Positions 40,120 through 53,100 of a stretch of 64,000 bases of DNA are shown here, piece after piece (the stretch's first letter is position 1; every line of letters starts with the position of its first letter). The DNA is from Lingula anatina (taxonomy: Eukaryota; Animalia; Brachiopoda), in contig CM120641.1 of NCBI GenBank assembly GCA_051362555.1, positions 47,932,401-47,996,400 of the forward strand. Direction: 5' to 3'. The notes under the pieces were generated by a model. That model had not been told where the DNA came from. It searched no databases and saw only the letters and a program-made list of their open reading frames with translations. A program made the position numbers and the translations under genes.

Positions 40120-43100
40120 AAACTCCAGGGGTTCTTCATCTTGAAGATGATGGAGGGGGAGACAGAATGATATGTTCTTCAAGTTACACTGAAAAATGTC
40201 TAATGGTAGCACTAAGCTAACCGTTCTTGCCTTGATTTCCTCCGCAGTTGTAAAACAGCATACGAGGACAATTTTACAGTACATCAATTGACATATAAGA
40301 TACGGGGAGAAAGAACGGCTTGGTATTGATGTTTCGTTTTTAATTCTTAATTAATTATTTTATTTATTATTTTGATTATGATTTTTTTTATTTGAAAGAT
40401 TGAGAGGGTTAAGTGGAGGAAGAGGTCACTCCGGTGCTGGGGAGGGGGGGAGGGGCACACTGTGATCCCCCCTACCCACAAATTGTGTCGAACAAAAGTG
40501 TCCTCTTTCTCTTTTCTCCCCCACCCTCCTATAGGCCTAACGTGTCATTTTGTCTCCAGGATTACTTGGTCAGTGGTATGACGCATGCTCCGGCTGGTAC
40601 ACCACCATTGACCGCATCCAAGTCTTCAGCTTCGCCCTGCCATTCCTGAAGGCGCCAATGAGCAATTTCTTTGTCTTAAAAGGACAGGGGAGTTCTTTTT
40701 CCTCGAGAAACATGGCTGGAAAAAAGATTGGTAAGTATTGTATGTATAATTTTAATTTTAATTTCACCATGTCAAATCGCGTTCTGCTGCTGATTGTACT
40801 TAAAAGTACAATCAGCAGCAGAACGCGATTTGACATGGTGAAAGTCGGGATAGTTCTTAGCGTCCATATCACGGGTTACAGGTTGACGTGGTGTTAACAT
40901 TTTGCTAATTTGTATAAGGTAATAGGTAAAAATACATGAAATCAGTGTAAGATATATGGGCGGCCAAAAGGGCAAAAAATCCTGTCGTCGATTCAGTTAT
41001 GTTTCGTCGATTCACTGCCTTCCCATCGATTCAGTTTCAAGTTTAAACGATCCTGTCATAAATTCAACATCTACTTTCGTCAATTCAACTGTCAAACATT
41101 TCTCATCTACGGTGTATTAAAACCAATGCCGTCACTATTTTCGTCGATCGTGTAACTATTCTCGTCGATCGTCTAATCTCGTCGATCGTCCAACTAATCT
41201 CGTCGATCGTGTAACTATTCTCATCGATCGTCTAATCTCGTCGATCGTGTAACTATTCTCATCGATCGTCTATTCTCGTCGATCGTCTCATCGATCGATC
41301 GCCAGAGGGCGCTGCGGTAGCACATTGGCCTATCACATGACTATCAAAATGGCAGACAACAAAATGATTGCTAGTGAAATAAGAACATTTTCTCAACAAT
41401 TTCAATTTTAGTTGTTAATAATTAAAAGACATTCGGTTGTAGGGACATTATTTTCTAGTTGTGCTTAACTCTGACCATGGCTGGCCGAGTTAAAAATTAC
41501 CGCGTGATTGACAGACAGAAGCACGTGTTGCTACCGCAGCGCCCTCTGGCGATCGATCGATGAGACGATCGATGAGAATAGTTACACGATCGACGAGATT
41601 AGACGATCGACGAGAATAGTTACACGATCGACGAAAACAGTTTGACGATCGACGAGATTAGTTACACGATCGACGAAAATAGTGACAGCATTGGTTTTAA
41701 TACACCATAGATGAGAAATGTTTGACAATTGAATTGACGAAAGTAGATGTTGAATTTATGCCAGGATCGTTTAAACTTGAAACTGAATCGATGGGAAGGC
41801 AGTGAATCGACGAAACATAACTGAATCGACGACATGAATTTTTGCCCTTTTGGCCGCCCATAAAGATACCCACATTACTTGTTGACTGGACTCGGCTTAT
41901 ATGCAGCAGACGTGTTTTTAGTAACCACCTTGTACAGGCCTACCCAACTACCAGACTCGGCACCTAAGGATCCTGAATTAACCGGTATATCGGACCACGC
42001 TACCCGTTTTCAAGGTGTGTGTCAGATCGCATTTCGGAGTATCATACCCGAGAACAAATTTTGTAGCACGACTGCGGGCTCATCTACGCTCGGCTGAACA
42101 ACCTTAAACTGTACTCTTACTTTAGAGTACTCTATTTTATTGTCTCTATGGGGATATATGGGGACTTAACGACATTCGGTTTGAATGTTTTAACCACTTT
42201 TGATAGGGCTTTTTTGCATTGTATTAGATTAATGTGGCAATCTAAGGTTCATCTAGGTGGCTTTCAAATTTATGCACCCGGTTTTAAAATCATGTAGCGA
42301 TTTTACGACAATCGTTTACTATCCAATCAAGGTGACAGCCGAGCATGCCAGGGCTCATCCTGTCGGTGTTCTGGCTGATAGGGGAGACCGGGGCTAGTTG
42401 GCCCAGTTAGACACTTTTGGCCTTGTAGAGCCAACTAGGAATGGGTTAGAGTAACAAAACCGGTTTCAAAGTAAGCCCTATGAACTAAGCTACGTATGTA
42501 ACGCCATTATTTTTCAAATATAATGCCAGATGGCTCACAATTTGACAAAAAACGCAGTTGACGTCAAGGGGGCCAACTTGCCCCGCCACGGGGCAAGTTG
42601 GCCCCAGGGTCGGGGCAAGTTGGCCCCCCTATACGAAAATGAAGTATATATATCCCATATAAATGCCTTGAAATACATTTTTATACATTTTTAATTTATT
42701 AAATTGATTTTTGAGAGTCTTTGATGAATAAATAGTTCAAATGAGGCAGATTTATTGAGGTTTCCGTACGTCACGTTGTGGGGGGGGGGGGATGTGTTGC
42801 AAGAACAAAAAAATCTATCAATAAAATTTGTTTTGTTTTAATTAAGAATTATAAGAATTTAAAAGAAAGTAATAAATTCAGTTTTAAACCATTGAGTTTG
42901 TTTCAACAATGGGAGGGGTGGAAAATCCCCTTGGGGCCACATATAACACTATAAATACAATAAAATCACCTTACAATGAATTAAGGCAAAAGAAATGTTT
43001 TTCTAATGAAAGTCCAGTGGATTTGCTTTCTAATACATACAAACAACAGAACATTTCTAATATAAATTTTCGAAAAGACACTAGAGAGCAAATTTTAAAA

Positions 43101-44874
43101 AATCAATCAGACGGTTAACTCCGGCAAGCTTTGTCAATTTCACCAACTTGTTTATTTCAAGAAGTTACAACTTCTTGTTTATTTCAAACAGCGTTGCGCG
43201 CAAAGGATTGTGGGTAATATGAGGGTCCAACTTGCCCCGAGTCGAGGGGGCCAACTAGCCCCGGGTGCACATTATTTATTTTAAGGGATGGCAGCCATTT
43301 ATGGTGCTAGAATGAGCAACGATGATACATCTCTGTGAAACTTGAAACAATGAGCTTCAGTTTGATGCCCTATACATATCTTATATTCGATCAAAAGCCT
43401 ATGAAAATAGATTTTTAAATCTCTTAAACAAAATTACTTTTAGGTGCAAAAATAGTTTATTTGGACTCACCGCTTAATTAAAACTTTTTAACGGCCGACA
43501 CTTCCTTAGCATTGTAGGCTACGGTCACTTTGCAAGAGTATGTGGCCAATTTCTTTACCTCGTAGTTACTTTTTCATAAAATGACGGGGGGCCAACTTAC
43601 CCCGGGGTCCAACTAGCCCCGGTCTCCCCTACTCCGAAATGCGATCTGACACACACCTTGAAAACGGGTAGTGTGGTCCGATATACCGGTTAATTCAGGA
43701 TCCTTAGGTGCCGAGTCTGGTAGTTGGGTAGGCCTGTTGTAAGATACGCCCGAGTTTCCATTTACAGTTGCTTTGTTTTCGGTCAGCATCTTGCTTTTTT
43801 AAAACATGAACTATTGTCTTAAGGTTTCGTGGACGGCTGGGCCAGCGACGAGAAGTGTCTGAACAGGTGGACAGACGTAATTGGCCAGGACACAATGCAG
43901 GTGGTCCACGGCCCAACACCCACTGACCTCGTGGCTAAGTTACAGAACGGGGAGGTAAGCTAATGAAGATAAGGCTGGTCGATAGATGGCGCCTAAGCAG
44001 TAAGGGTGACATAAAAGTTCACTGAGTTTGATGCATACCCGAACCATTCTCACCTACTGCAAGAACTGGATTTGTAGATAGACCTACTATTAAAATTAAC
44101 GAAATATGTTTAAAGGGTAATGATACCACGTTTATTTAAATATTACTAAAATCTGACAGGAAGCCTTTAAAAAGATGAAATTTCTGCTTTATTTATTTAT
44201 TTATTTTTTAAATTTTAAGATCAAATTTCAACACTTAAAAGCGTTCAAACCAATGTTTCTTTTAGATCGCCGCGATTTTCGCCACCATCTCTGACATGGA
44301 GCCGCACACAGGGGCCACCAACCCTGTGGTAGAGATAGTTCCGTCCGCTTCTTTCAGCTGTATGATAGCGGGCAGTGCCATGATGACCCGGAAAGACAGC
44401 GACTTCAACTCGAAATGGAACGTTGGTTTCAACAAGCTCGTCTCTTCTGGGAAATTCAAAAAATTGTGCGCTGCCGGACAACAAACGCACGGTAAGTAGT
44501 CGGCGGTGTGGTGAACAAAAACTGTAATTTTCTCTACGTTCATAAACCACTGAAATAACAACCCATCAAACTAGAACACAATGAAAAAGGTTATTAAGAC
44601 AACCTTAATAAAGTAGTAAGATATTGGTAAAATATGACCTATTTCATATTTATATTAACGTGGAGGTTCTTTTGGTTCTTCGAATATTGTCCATGCAAAG
44701 TATTTCTTATGAGAAAGGCCAAAATCACATAAAAAGCGAGCACTATTTTTTCTAATCAGAATCTTCGGGTGTAAACCATAAACAAAGATAAAACTGTCTA
44801 CTAGTATACCATGTGGCTCATTTTACCTTTTTGTTTCAGGGAGCCGAGGAAATGTTGATTGTGTTGATGGTTAG
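38593..44874 (+). CDS. SBP-family-3-like paralog 5, type II membrane-anchored, with two alternative first coding exons (~345/349 aa)
   Basis: Exon A 38593-38653 (MDPGSRSNSTTNLSGGQQAS) or exon B 38756-38804 (MEKFQVMEGGAQPQAS). Then 39084-39363, 39662-39711, 39977-40072, 40560-40730, 43824-43954, 44266-44491, 44840-44874 (GSRGNVDCVDG*). Confidence 0.88.
40081..40116. repeat. (TG)n microsatellite
   Basis: Direct reading; lies just after an exon donor. Confidence 0.9.
40762..40843. repeat. Perfect 40-bp-arm palindrome with a 2-nt loop
   Basis: tttcaccatgtcaaatcgcgttctgctgctgattgtactt-aa-aagtacaatcagcagcagaacgcgatttgacatggtgaaa. Confidence 0.9.
40955..41862. mobile_element. Foldback-type non-autonomous DNA transposon with ~350-bp TIRs and a 6-bp TSD
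   Basis: aagata|tatgggcggccaaaagggcaaaaa ... tttgcccttttggccgcccata|aagata. The arms contain tandem tcgtcgatcg sub-repeats around an ~200-bp spacer. Confidence 0.85.
41935..43736. mobile_element. Non-autonomous DNA transposon with >100-bp TIRs and a 5-bp TSD, hosting a nested element
   Basis: ttgta|caggcctacccaactaccagactcgg... ...ccgagtctggtagttgggtaggcctg|ttgta. Confidence 0.85.
42381..43629. mobile_element. Tc1/mariner(pogo)-like non-autonomous element with TA TSD, nested in the previous element
   Basis: ta|ggggagaccggggctagttgg ... ccaactagccccggtctcccc|ta. Internal ggggcaagttgg / ccaacttgcccc sub-terminal repeats. Confidence 0.8.
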
Positions 44875-47800
44875 AGCGAGGGATTAATCAAACCACAGTT
44901 AAATATTACACGGAATGTGACAGAAAATTATTTGTATGGGCGTCAGAACAAGAACCAACGTTCACAGTGACATTCAACTCAATAAACTTTCATTAAACAA
45001 AAATTTTTCTGCACAGAAAGGAGAGAATTACATAGACATGCAAAAGTTAATCAAGAACTTACCAAACATAGAACAAGCAATTAAGTCTCCTAGAAATGAC
45101 ACGTATCGGCAAGACTATTTTGCACAATTTTAGATATTCAACACTACTTACACTAACACTACTTTAACTGGAGTGTGTGCTTAGATCAGGTTTTATGATT
45201 TCAAACGAGAATGCGATTTCTCTCCTTGACAGCAAAAAATTAGTAGAACATAGTGTAAATATTTTTGGCCTTGAAATCAACCTGCTTGACGGTACTTTCT
45301 CTGCATAATTATTTAGTTTATAAACTGAAGCATTTACAAGTTTTATTGTAGCAAATTCATCACTGACGTAAAGATCAGGTGATACAACTCATCTCGCCAC
45401 ATTCTCTTATATTGTTACTTTATCATGGCGTACAGTGTATGCTTACTGTTGTATATAAAAAAAGTTTTGCTTATTAAAAAATCAGGATAACTATACGCGT
45501 TATCCTTTGTTTTTATATTTATTAATTTATTTATTTAGGCTCTGTTGCCTCCTTCAATATCATAACGATAAGTTTATCCTTCTTTGTGAATATTTTTTAA
45601 ATCTCTTTACGTTTTCATTGACCTCATATTCTCTGGGTGACGGTGAATTGTATTCAGATCAGTTTCTTTCCCGTTGACATGTTACACTGCCATATAACAT
45701 ATCTTGTATCTATACATCTATATCATCTCTGACTTTTTAATATTTTTATTGTGCTTATATGGAAATTCATTTTTTATACATTAAATGACTGCAATTTACA
45801 TGGTTTTAAGTACAACAAAAAGTTAATGCAATGTAAAACGCGCATCTTATTCTACACATTAATAATGGAAATATCTTAATTACAGATACCGCCTCAACGA
45901 TGGACGTTTTAAGTTAACGCTCGTGCACGTGAAAATGGGAGATCTTTGTTCTTTTGCATACACTCTAAACGCACACTCGGCGCTTAAGTGTTTTAGACGA
46001 TAATTGCAAAATGTCTCTGTATTGTCAGCCTTTCATACATTCGTCACCCTGAATGGATATATTTGAAACTGTAAACAATATATATCTCTGCGGGGGTGGG
46101 GGTGGGGGGTGGGGGTGGGTGAGAGGGGTTTTTCTCGTGCTTCTGGTAGACGTCTGCGGCTAACTCGGTGCTACTTGGGGGTCGAGGGCTGGGTGAAGCG
46201 TCACACGGTTAAAGAAAAAGAGAGACAGCCTTACTCCATCTTAATCTATTTCCTCTTATGTGGCATGGAGCACCAAAATCACGATGCTTTTTTCAGTAAA
46301 TATTTCACTGAACATCATATCAAGATAGTACATCTTGGAGGTAAAAGAAAAGAGGAGAAACATTATGATGATGATGATTATTATTATCCATCCCCATGCT
46401 AAAAAAAAAAGAACGCGACTGTCGTATATGGTAAAGCAAGGCGTCAATATTTTTTTTGTCATTATAAATTCCAAATATGACCGCGGGCATTTTCTTTACA
46501 AGAAGTGCGCTGTTGCAGATCTAAGACGCGCTGTGGATATTTACGTATTATGCTAGCTGTAATTCCGCATGTACTTAAACTTTGAAGAGACAATCCATTT
46601 TTTCTTCCACATTCCTCTGGTCTAACCATAAGTGTTACGCAAAAGCTGTATCGGTAGAGTATCTTTGGAGAGGTAGGCCTACGCGCGACGGATATTTTTC
46701 TGGCTGTTTTATTCTTAAATTCAGTAGAATTAGTACATGTATGTTATACAACAGTGCTGATACCAACTCGCCATGCTTTGCGCATCACTTTTGTATTTCT
46801 TTTGTATTTCTTTCTAATATTTCCGACCCAAAGAGTTTCGCCCTTATCGCTGAGAAATAACGCTTACCTCACGCAGATGCTCGCTCGTTATCTAGTTTCG
46901 TATACATGCATGAAGTCACGTAGTTTTTGGCTATCTCAGAAGATCCACGTATAGGTAATATTAATAAAAATGGAATTAAAAAAGAATATTGAATGAATTA
47001 TCTGAAATGTATTTAAAAGAATGTACAATAATGAATTTCCGCGTATCCACCTCCAACATATTCAATAATTTAGACAAGACTAATTCTTTCGTTCTTCTAG
47101 GATAAACTGTTTTCATGGAGAGAGGATGATGTATTTCGTAATATATGTAAATTTATTTGACCCAAATTTCATATTATGTCCTCACGTCATAACATTGTCA
47201 CTGCACTCACACATTTCTACATGACATAAATTATACACATAAAAGAATCATACTGCATGTGCTCATCACTTACTTCTAGAATGCAAGATAACTTTAATTT
47301 TTGTATCCTAGCTTACTTGTTTTTACTTTATTTCACCTAATGACTCACTAATTTAAGGAATGTTTTGACATGGGCGTCAGATACGGTACTTTTGAGCAGT
47401 TTCTATAATAGTAAGAGGGTCGTAGTAATAACGGGCTGTCTTCATGAATGATGCATAATAACTGTGGGTAGGGCTAATTATTCCTAGCCAAGCACGACTG
47501 CGCAGTTCGTGGTTCTTGCGATACCTGCGCAGTATTAAGGTGAGTACGTAAAAGTGGACCCTTCCACCTCGGACCAGAGTTCGACCACAGTCACATCTCA
47601 TCACCATCTCGAGACGCTGACGACAGATAACGGTACGTCTTTACTTATTATGATGCTGATATCTAAATATATTTCAAGGTTTATATGTTAACAACTGGAC
47701 GGTTTTTGACTCATGTAAGAGATGAAGAGAAAAAGAAAAAAAAATGCAAATAGATCAATTATAAATCTTTACATGTTTTTAGATATAATAGCCATTATTT

Positions 47801-49594
47801 TAAGGCGTCGGCCTACTTATTTTGTCCAAGGACAAACACCCTGCTTTCTGTTATGATGTAGCTGTTTGTATAGCAATGAATAACGAATCTAATAATTTTC
47901 AATAGATAACTAAAATCTGGTTTGTGAAGGGTTTTCCTATACACGCAGCCTTATAACACACCACCGGACTTCACTATACACAAGACGGGGCAAAGAAGGC
48001 GCAGGGAAAGGTCAAGGCATTTTCTTTAGCATCGCCTCTCGGCTCACTCCAGATCAGCTCTTGAATATTTCTTATTTTCAGGTGACAGTATAATTTGAAA
48101 AACCTGTTTGAGACGAATATCATATTTTCAGTAAACAAGCCATGTAGAGGTTAGAGGTCAGACGGTCAGACAGGCTGGGTTACCAGACTTGACCGAGGAC
48201 CCAGCAAAATATAACTGGGTGTTTATGCTATACCAGGGTACATGGCGTATTTGTTGTCACCGGAACCTTACTCTTTCACTGTAACATGACATCCAAATTT
48301 CAGTTTACGATTTACCACTTGCCATATCTTTATATCATCAGGTTTGAAAGATGTTTTCTTCCTTTAATGGATTGTTATTCAAAGTTTTATAGTGTTGTCA
48401 GAGATTTTATTGTTACTATCCTAAGATTCGAACCAATTTTAATACTACGAACATAAAAAATAATGACGAAGCATACGATCAAAAAGTTAAAGTAAGAGCA
48501 CTCTTCTGATAAAAAATTATTGTAAAATTAGTATCACTACAGGGAAATAATTTTTCACGAAATTTGATAAAGGTGGTTACAATATCAATTACCATTGTAT
48601 AAAGTTTGAATAGTAACGTAATCAATCCATTCACTCGGCTCAAACCAAGTAAAGAAAAAGATATATATATATATTTGTGTTTCACCTCTACGAAGCGATG
48701 ATCGTTGAATGCTAAAAAATAGCGATGACTCAAGGAAATTTCTCCAGTAATATTTTCTGTGCCAATATATATATACTGTATGCGGTCCCATTGTAGTAAA
48801 GTTATTAAGGCACATGCTGATTACATGAAAATGAGACCTCCACAAAGAACTTTGCATTTTGGGAGGGTTTGGGATGGCATTTGTGGTTTACTTTAGTGCA
48901 GAGAAAAAGCAGAGATTTTTCAATTCAGGATAGGCCTACAGTCAAAGGAATATTTAAATGCAGTGGAGGTTTTGACACCACAATTTCTTTTATTACCATA
49001 ACGTGTCAAATAATTTGCAATAGACGTATTAACAAGACAAAACATGTAGGTTGGAAGAATCTCCCTGGGTGACCGGTGGAACTGAGTAGAGATAGTTCTT
49101 TTGTCGGCGTCTCTCTAAGCTGCTGTTGTATCCAGGACAGTGATGACACTGAAATAGGATGTCACAATACGCTGCACTTAAACCATGCAATACTAGTTAG
49201 GTTGACTGTAATAAATGTCTGTTTTTTTAAGGTATGAACGTCACGTGCTGGATTTCGTCCAAAATCCTGCTCGTAAACAAAAATACCTGATCGCACGTTA
49301 ATGTATCATTGTTCGTTCGGAAAGGGACGCTGATTATTATTTAATTAAGTCTAAACCACACATAACATCCCATAAGATAGGTGACCTGTCTTCTACGATT
49401 TGATGAAGTGTCTTCTGTGCAAAACTCGAATACAGAGATCAATGATTTTGCTGAAAGATATTCTAGTCCTAAAATGTGCTTATACTAGGTAGATGACCCT
49501 GTTTAATATAAAGATGTTCATGTGCATTGCGACACGAAGGTTGATAAACGTATGCTACACCTAGCATCCCTGGTCGTGATGCTCTACTTCGTAT

Positions 49595-49815
49595 TAAGGC
49601 TCTGTTCTCACAACTTTTAGATCGATCTATCACCGCGGGGAGTCTCACTAGATTACTGTCAGATAATCCCCCTTAAGTGTCCGTCCCCGCCTACTACAAG
49701 CTTTAAGGGGTAATTAACTTTCGTGTCCGCCCGGCTGACAGCTATTTAGCGTGAACCCCCAGGGAGTTAGGTCGATCCAATGTAGGTCGATCTAATCTAT
49801 GAGAATGGGGTGTTA
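49595..49815. mobile_element. ~220-bp MITE, inverted copy of 29879-30099
   Basis: Near-identical reverse complement of 29879-30099. Confidence 0.8.
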
Positions 49816-50106
49816 GACGCACAACGAGCTAGAACATGCTACGCCAACATACTGCCGTCACGCTCATAAACATGTCAAAGAAATAGCTTTGCGTCTTTGT
49901 CAGTTTCATGTAAATTATCTTTATTATTCATGTCATCTTCTTTTAACATTCTTTACATGTATAAATAAAGCCGCGCCTGAATGTAGCTGCCCGAAGGTAA
50001 ACGAGTCGACCACAATTTTCATCTTGACAGTGTCAGTATCTTATTTTTTTCAATATTGTGGTTGTTTTCTCCCCCAGGTTCGGAAGATCCCCCAAGAAAC
50101 TAGACG

Positions 50107-53100
50107 ATGGAAGAAGGTGGCGCTAAGGTAGAGCGGTCTGACAGCACAGTGAATTTAACTATTCCTCGGCCGCGCTCTCAAGAAGGTATATTCCTTACTT
50201 GTCTAGCCATGACATATTTTGTTGAATTAACGCTAGATTATATTTTTCTTTCGTAGTCACAAGGGGTCAGGGTACAACTAACAGAGCGCCCTCATGCAGT
50301 CAACTGGAAAGTTTGAAGTAATGGAGGGGGGTGCGTCCACCCAGGCTCCAGGTAGGCCGCTGAAGGTTGTGGATCCCTTATTGACCAATCGAAATAAGTT
50401 ACGAAATTGAACGTAATCGTACGGGAATTGCCGAAGTCATAAGGGGTCGACTTCCTTAAATAACTTGGTTTACGGTTCATTTGTCTTATACTGAATTATA
50501 ACGGTTTGATTGTTTTTGTTTGTTCTAATTTTGTATAAGTTATTTAGAGAAGTAACTACATTTGTATAATTTATAAGCTTCAATTTAGCTTAGTGCAAAA
50601 ACTATGGCTATCATAAAGCTGCGACCATTTAAAAAGTCTTCAAGATCGGACTTTTCACTTGCTTCCATTGCTTCTGTTGTACCGCTCCAGTTATTAGAAT
50701 CCTAAAACTTCGTAAACCGAGTTATTTTCTCAATGGCCTAGTGGGGAATTGAAAAACCAAATCACACTATTTTCGAATGGATGACGAATGACTTTATGGA
50801 CTTGATACAGAACGCAAAGCACATTGTAGCACCACTCCCACTAAATAGCAATCGACAACATTTCACAAGTTTCATCTGTGTATAATTCACGAGACACAGA
50901 GGTACAGTATGAGCCGCTCAAAGTAAAATTCAATGTGTTTTTGTATAATTTCAGCGGGCCGTATGATAATGGTCTTGGTGGCTGTCTGCGCCGTGATTGC
51001 GATTATCGCGGTGATCATTGCAGCAGTTGCGGTCTCTCGGCCGTCTTCGCCCAACATCACAATCCAGCGCGACAAGACGTCTGGGGGCAGCACCTCTTCC
51101 CAGACCTCGGGCCGCTCTTCTGGCTCTCTATCTGGCTCTGGCCGTGCGACGAACTACGCAGGCCAAAGAATCTACACCATAGCCATCGGCCACGACTACG
51201 GTGCTCATGAGTACATGTAAGTAACTCAACGGTCTCCAGGAAGGAACAGAAGTGGATGACGCCCCCACCCCCACCCCTTACCATACCCTCGCACCCCCCC
51301 TCACCCTAACCCTCCAGATACCCCGTTTTTTGCCCTTTCAATATCTCAAAGTTAACTACCTTGCTGGTTCGTAAAAAGCTATCGCTGTTGACAAGGGTGG
51401 TTGACAAACGATTTCCCATTTGTTTTTTTGTATAAACGCGATATTTTAAATGTTTTAGTACATGTAATATGACAGAAAAAGATTAATTCGTCACTTACTT
51501 ACGAAGAATCGTATTTATTAAGAATAAAAAAAATTAACAACTGCTAATCTTTTATACTCTGCTTTTAAATTTTTTAATTGGTGGCAGTTTACACAAATAT
51601 GCCAATTTACATACCAACTGGCGCTTTTTTTTTCAGTGACACCAGCGGGTATTTGGCGGGTTTCAGCCACGACGTTATAGACGCAGGTACCTTTGTATTT
51701 GTGCCACTCCAATAAGAATATTAGAATAAGTTGTATAATACTGTCTTGATATTTATCTTGGCTGTTGGGTGTGCATCTCTGTTTTCGTTTAAGATTGGAG
51801 AATTTTAGAAAGCAACAGTTCTTTTAAATTACGTTAGTATAACATTGGCGCTTTAAAGTGCAGGTCAACCCTGTCAACCATTATATATTATGATGAAGAT
51901 CTTTAAAAAAAAAACAATAAGTAAATTTCTGTGTCCTTTGGTATTTAATCCAGTTTGCACCGAGGCCGGCATGGACTGTCGTACTGTTTGGGACAAGTAC
52001 ATCAATTGCTGGGATTCCACCCCAGGACAACCTTCACACGGCGGCCAGGGTACGTGATATGTTTAGGGGGTGGAGGGTGGGAGGATGAGGGGGGGGGGGG
52101 AACGCTCTGTACTATTATGTGGGTAAACACAAGTTTTCAATGATATTTAGTGAGCTCGTGACCACGCTATTCGGTCCAAAAATGTTAATATAAACGCAGC
52201 TAACCTTCCATGAACGATCCAGTGTAAATTTCAGAATAAAGTTCCAGCAGTAATGTTTAGATAGGTAATTAGTTCTGTCCAAAACTCGAGTGTGTTTTCA
52301 CGTTTTTTTTTTCTTTCGTGATGAAAATGTTTCTTAATATAATAATTCAGGGTTAATGGGCGGCTGGTATGACGCCTGCACGGGCTGGTATACCACCATT
52401 GACCGCGTGCAGGTCTACCAGTTCTCACAACCGTGGCTTAAACCCGTCATGTCCTCGTTTTTCGTCAAGTCGGCCAGCAGTTTTGACCCATCAGCTGGGG
52501 TGGCCGGAAAGAAGATAGGTGAGCTTTTTCTTTTGAAGGGAGAAAGATTTTGGATGTAGCTTCCAGAGAATAGACGGATCGTAACACCGTGATATGTTCC
52601 CATACCTCTTGAATTGACCAAAATATGTGCACTGCAGGGTGGGTGGATTTTGAACTTGCTCATTATTTCCGGCATTAACTGTTGAAGCAAGTTTTGGTTG
52701 CAGTATTAGTCGCAATACTAGTATAAATTGATAGTACGCAAAAGCTTTATGTTAAGTCTAACATCTGATACCAGATTCAGTCGTGATTTGTCGAAATCAA
52801 AGTTTTCAACTGTCTTCATTAATTCAGGTGATGTGTAAAAAAATAATAAAAATAAATAATATTTTTTTAAAACCAGGTTTCCTTGACGGCTGGGCTAGCG
52901 ATGAAAAGTGTCTGTACAGATGGAGTACGTTACAAGGAAGGGAGGACATTAGCGTCGTTCATTTTTTCAATCCAGAAGAGTTGGTTAAGGCGCTGACTGA
53001 AGACACGGTAAGAGCGTCCCAAATTCATTTGAGGGCGATTAAGTTTGTTATTGATGAATGTATATCTTCATCTCCTTTGGATTTTTAGCTGAAATTGAGA

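Noticed and set aside
41135-41680. CRISPR-like array of tcgtcgatcg repeats
   Set aside because: There are no unique spacers; these are short sub-terminal repeats mirrored in the two arms of a foldback transposon.
44245-44561. Antisense ORFs over exons (also 53297-53650, 61498-62094 and 1050-1340)
   Set aside because: Shadow ORFs of real coding exons on the opposite strand.
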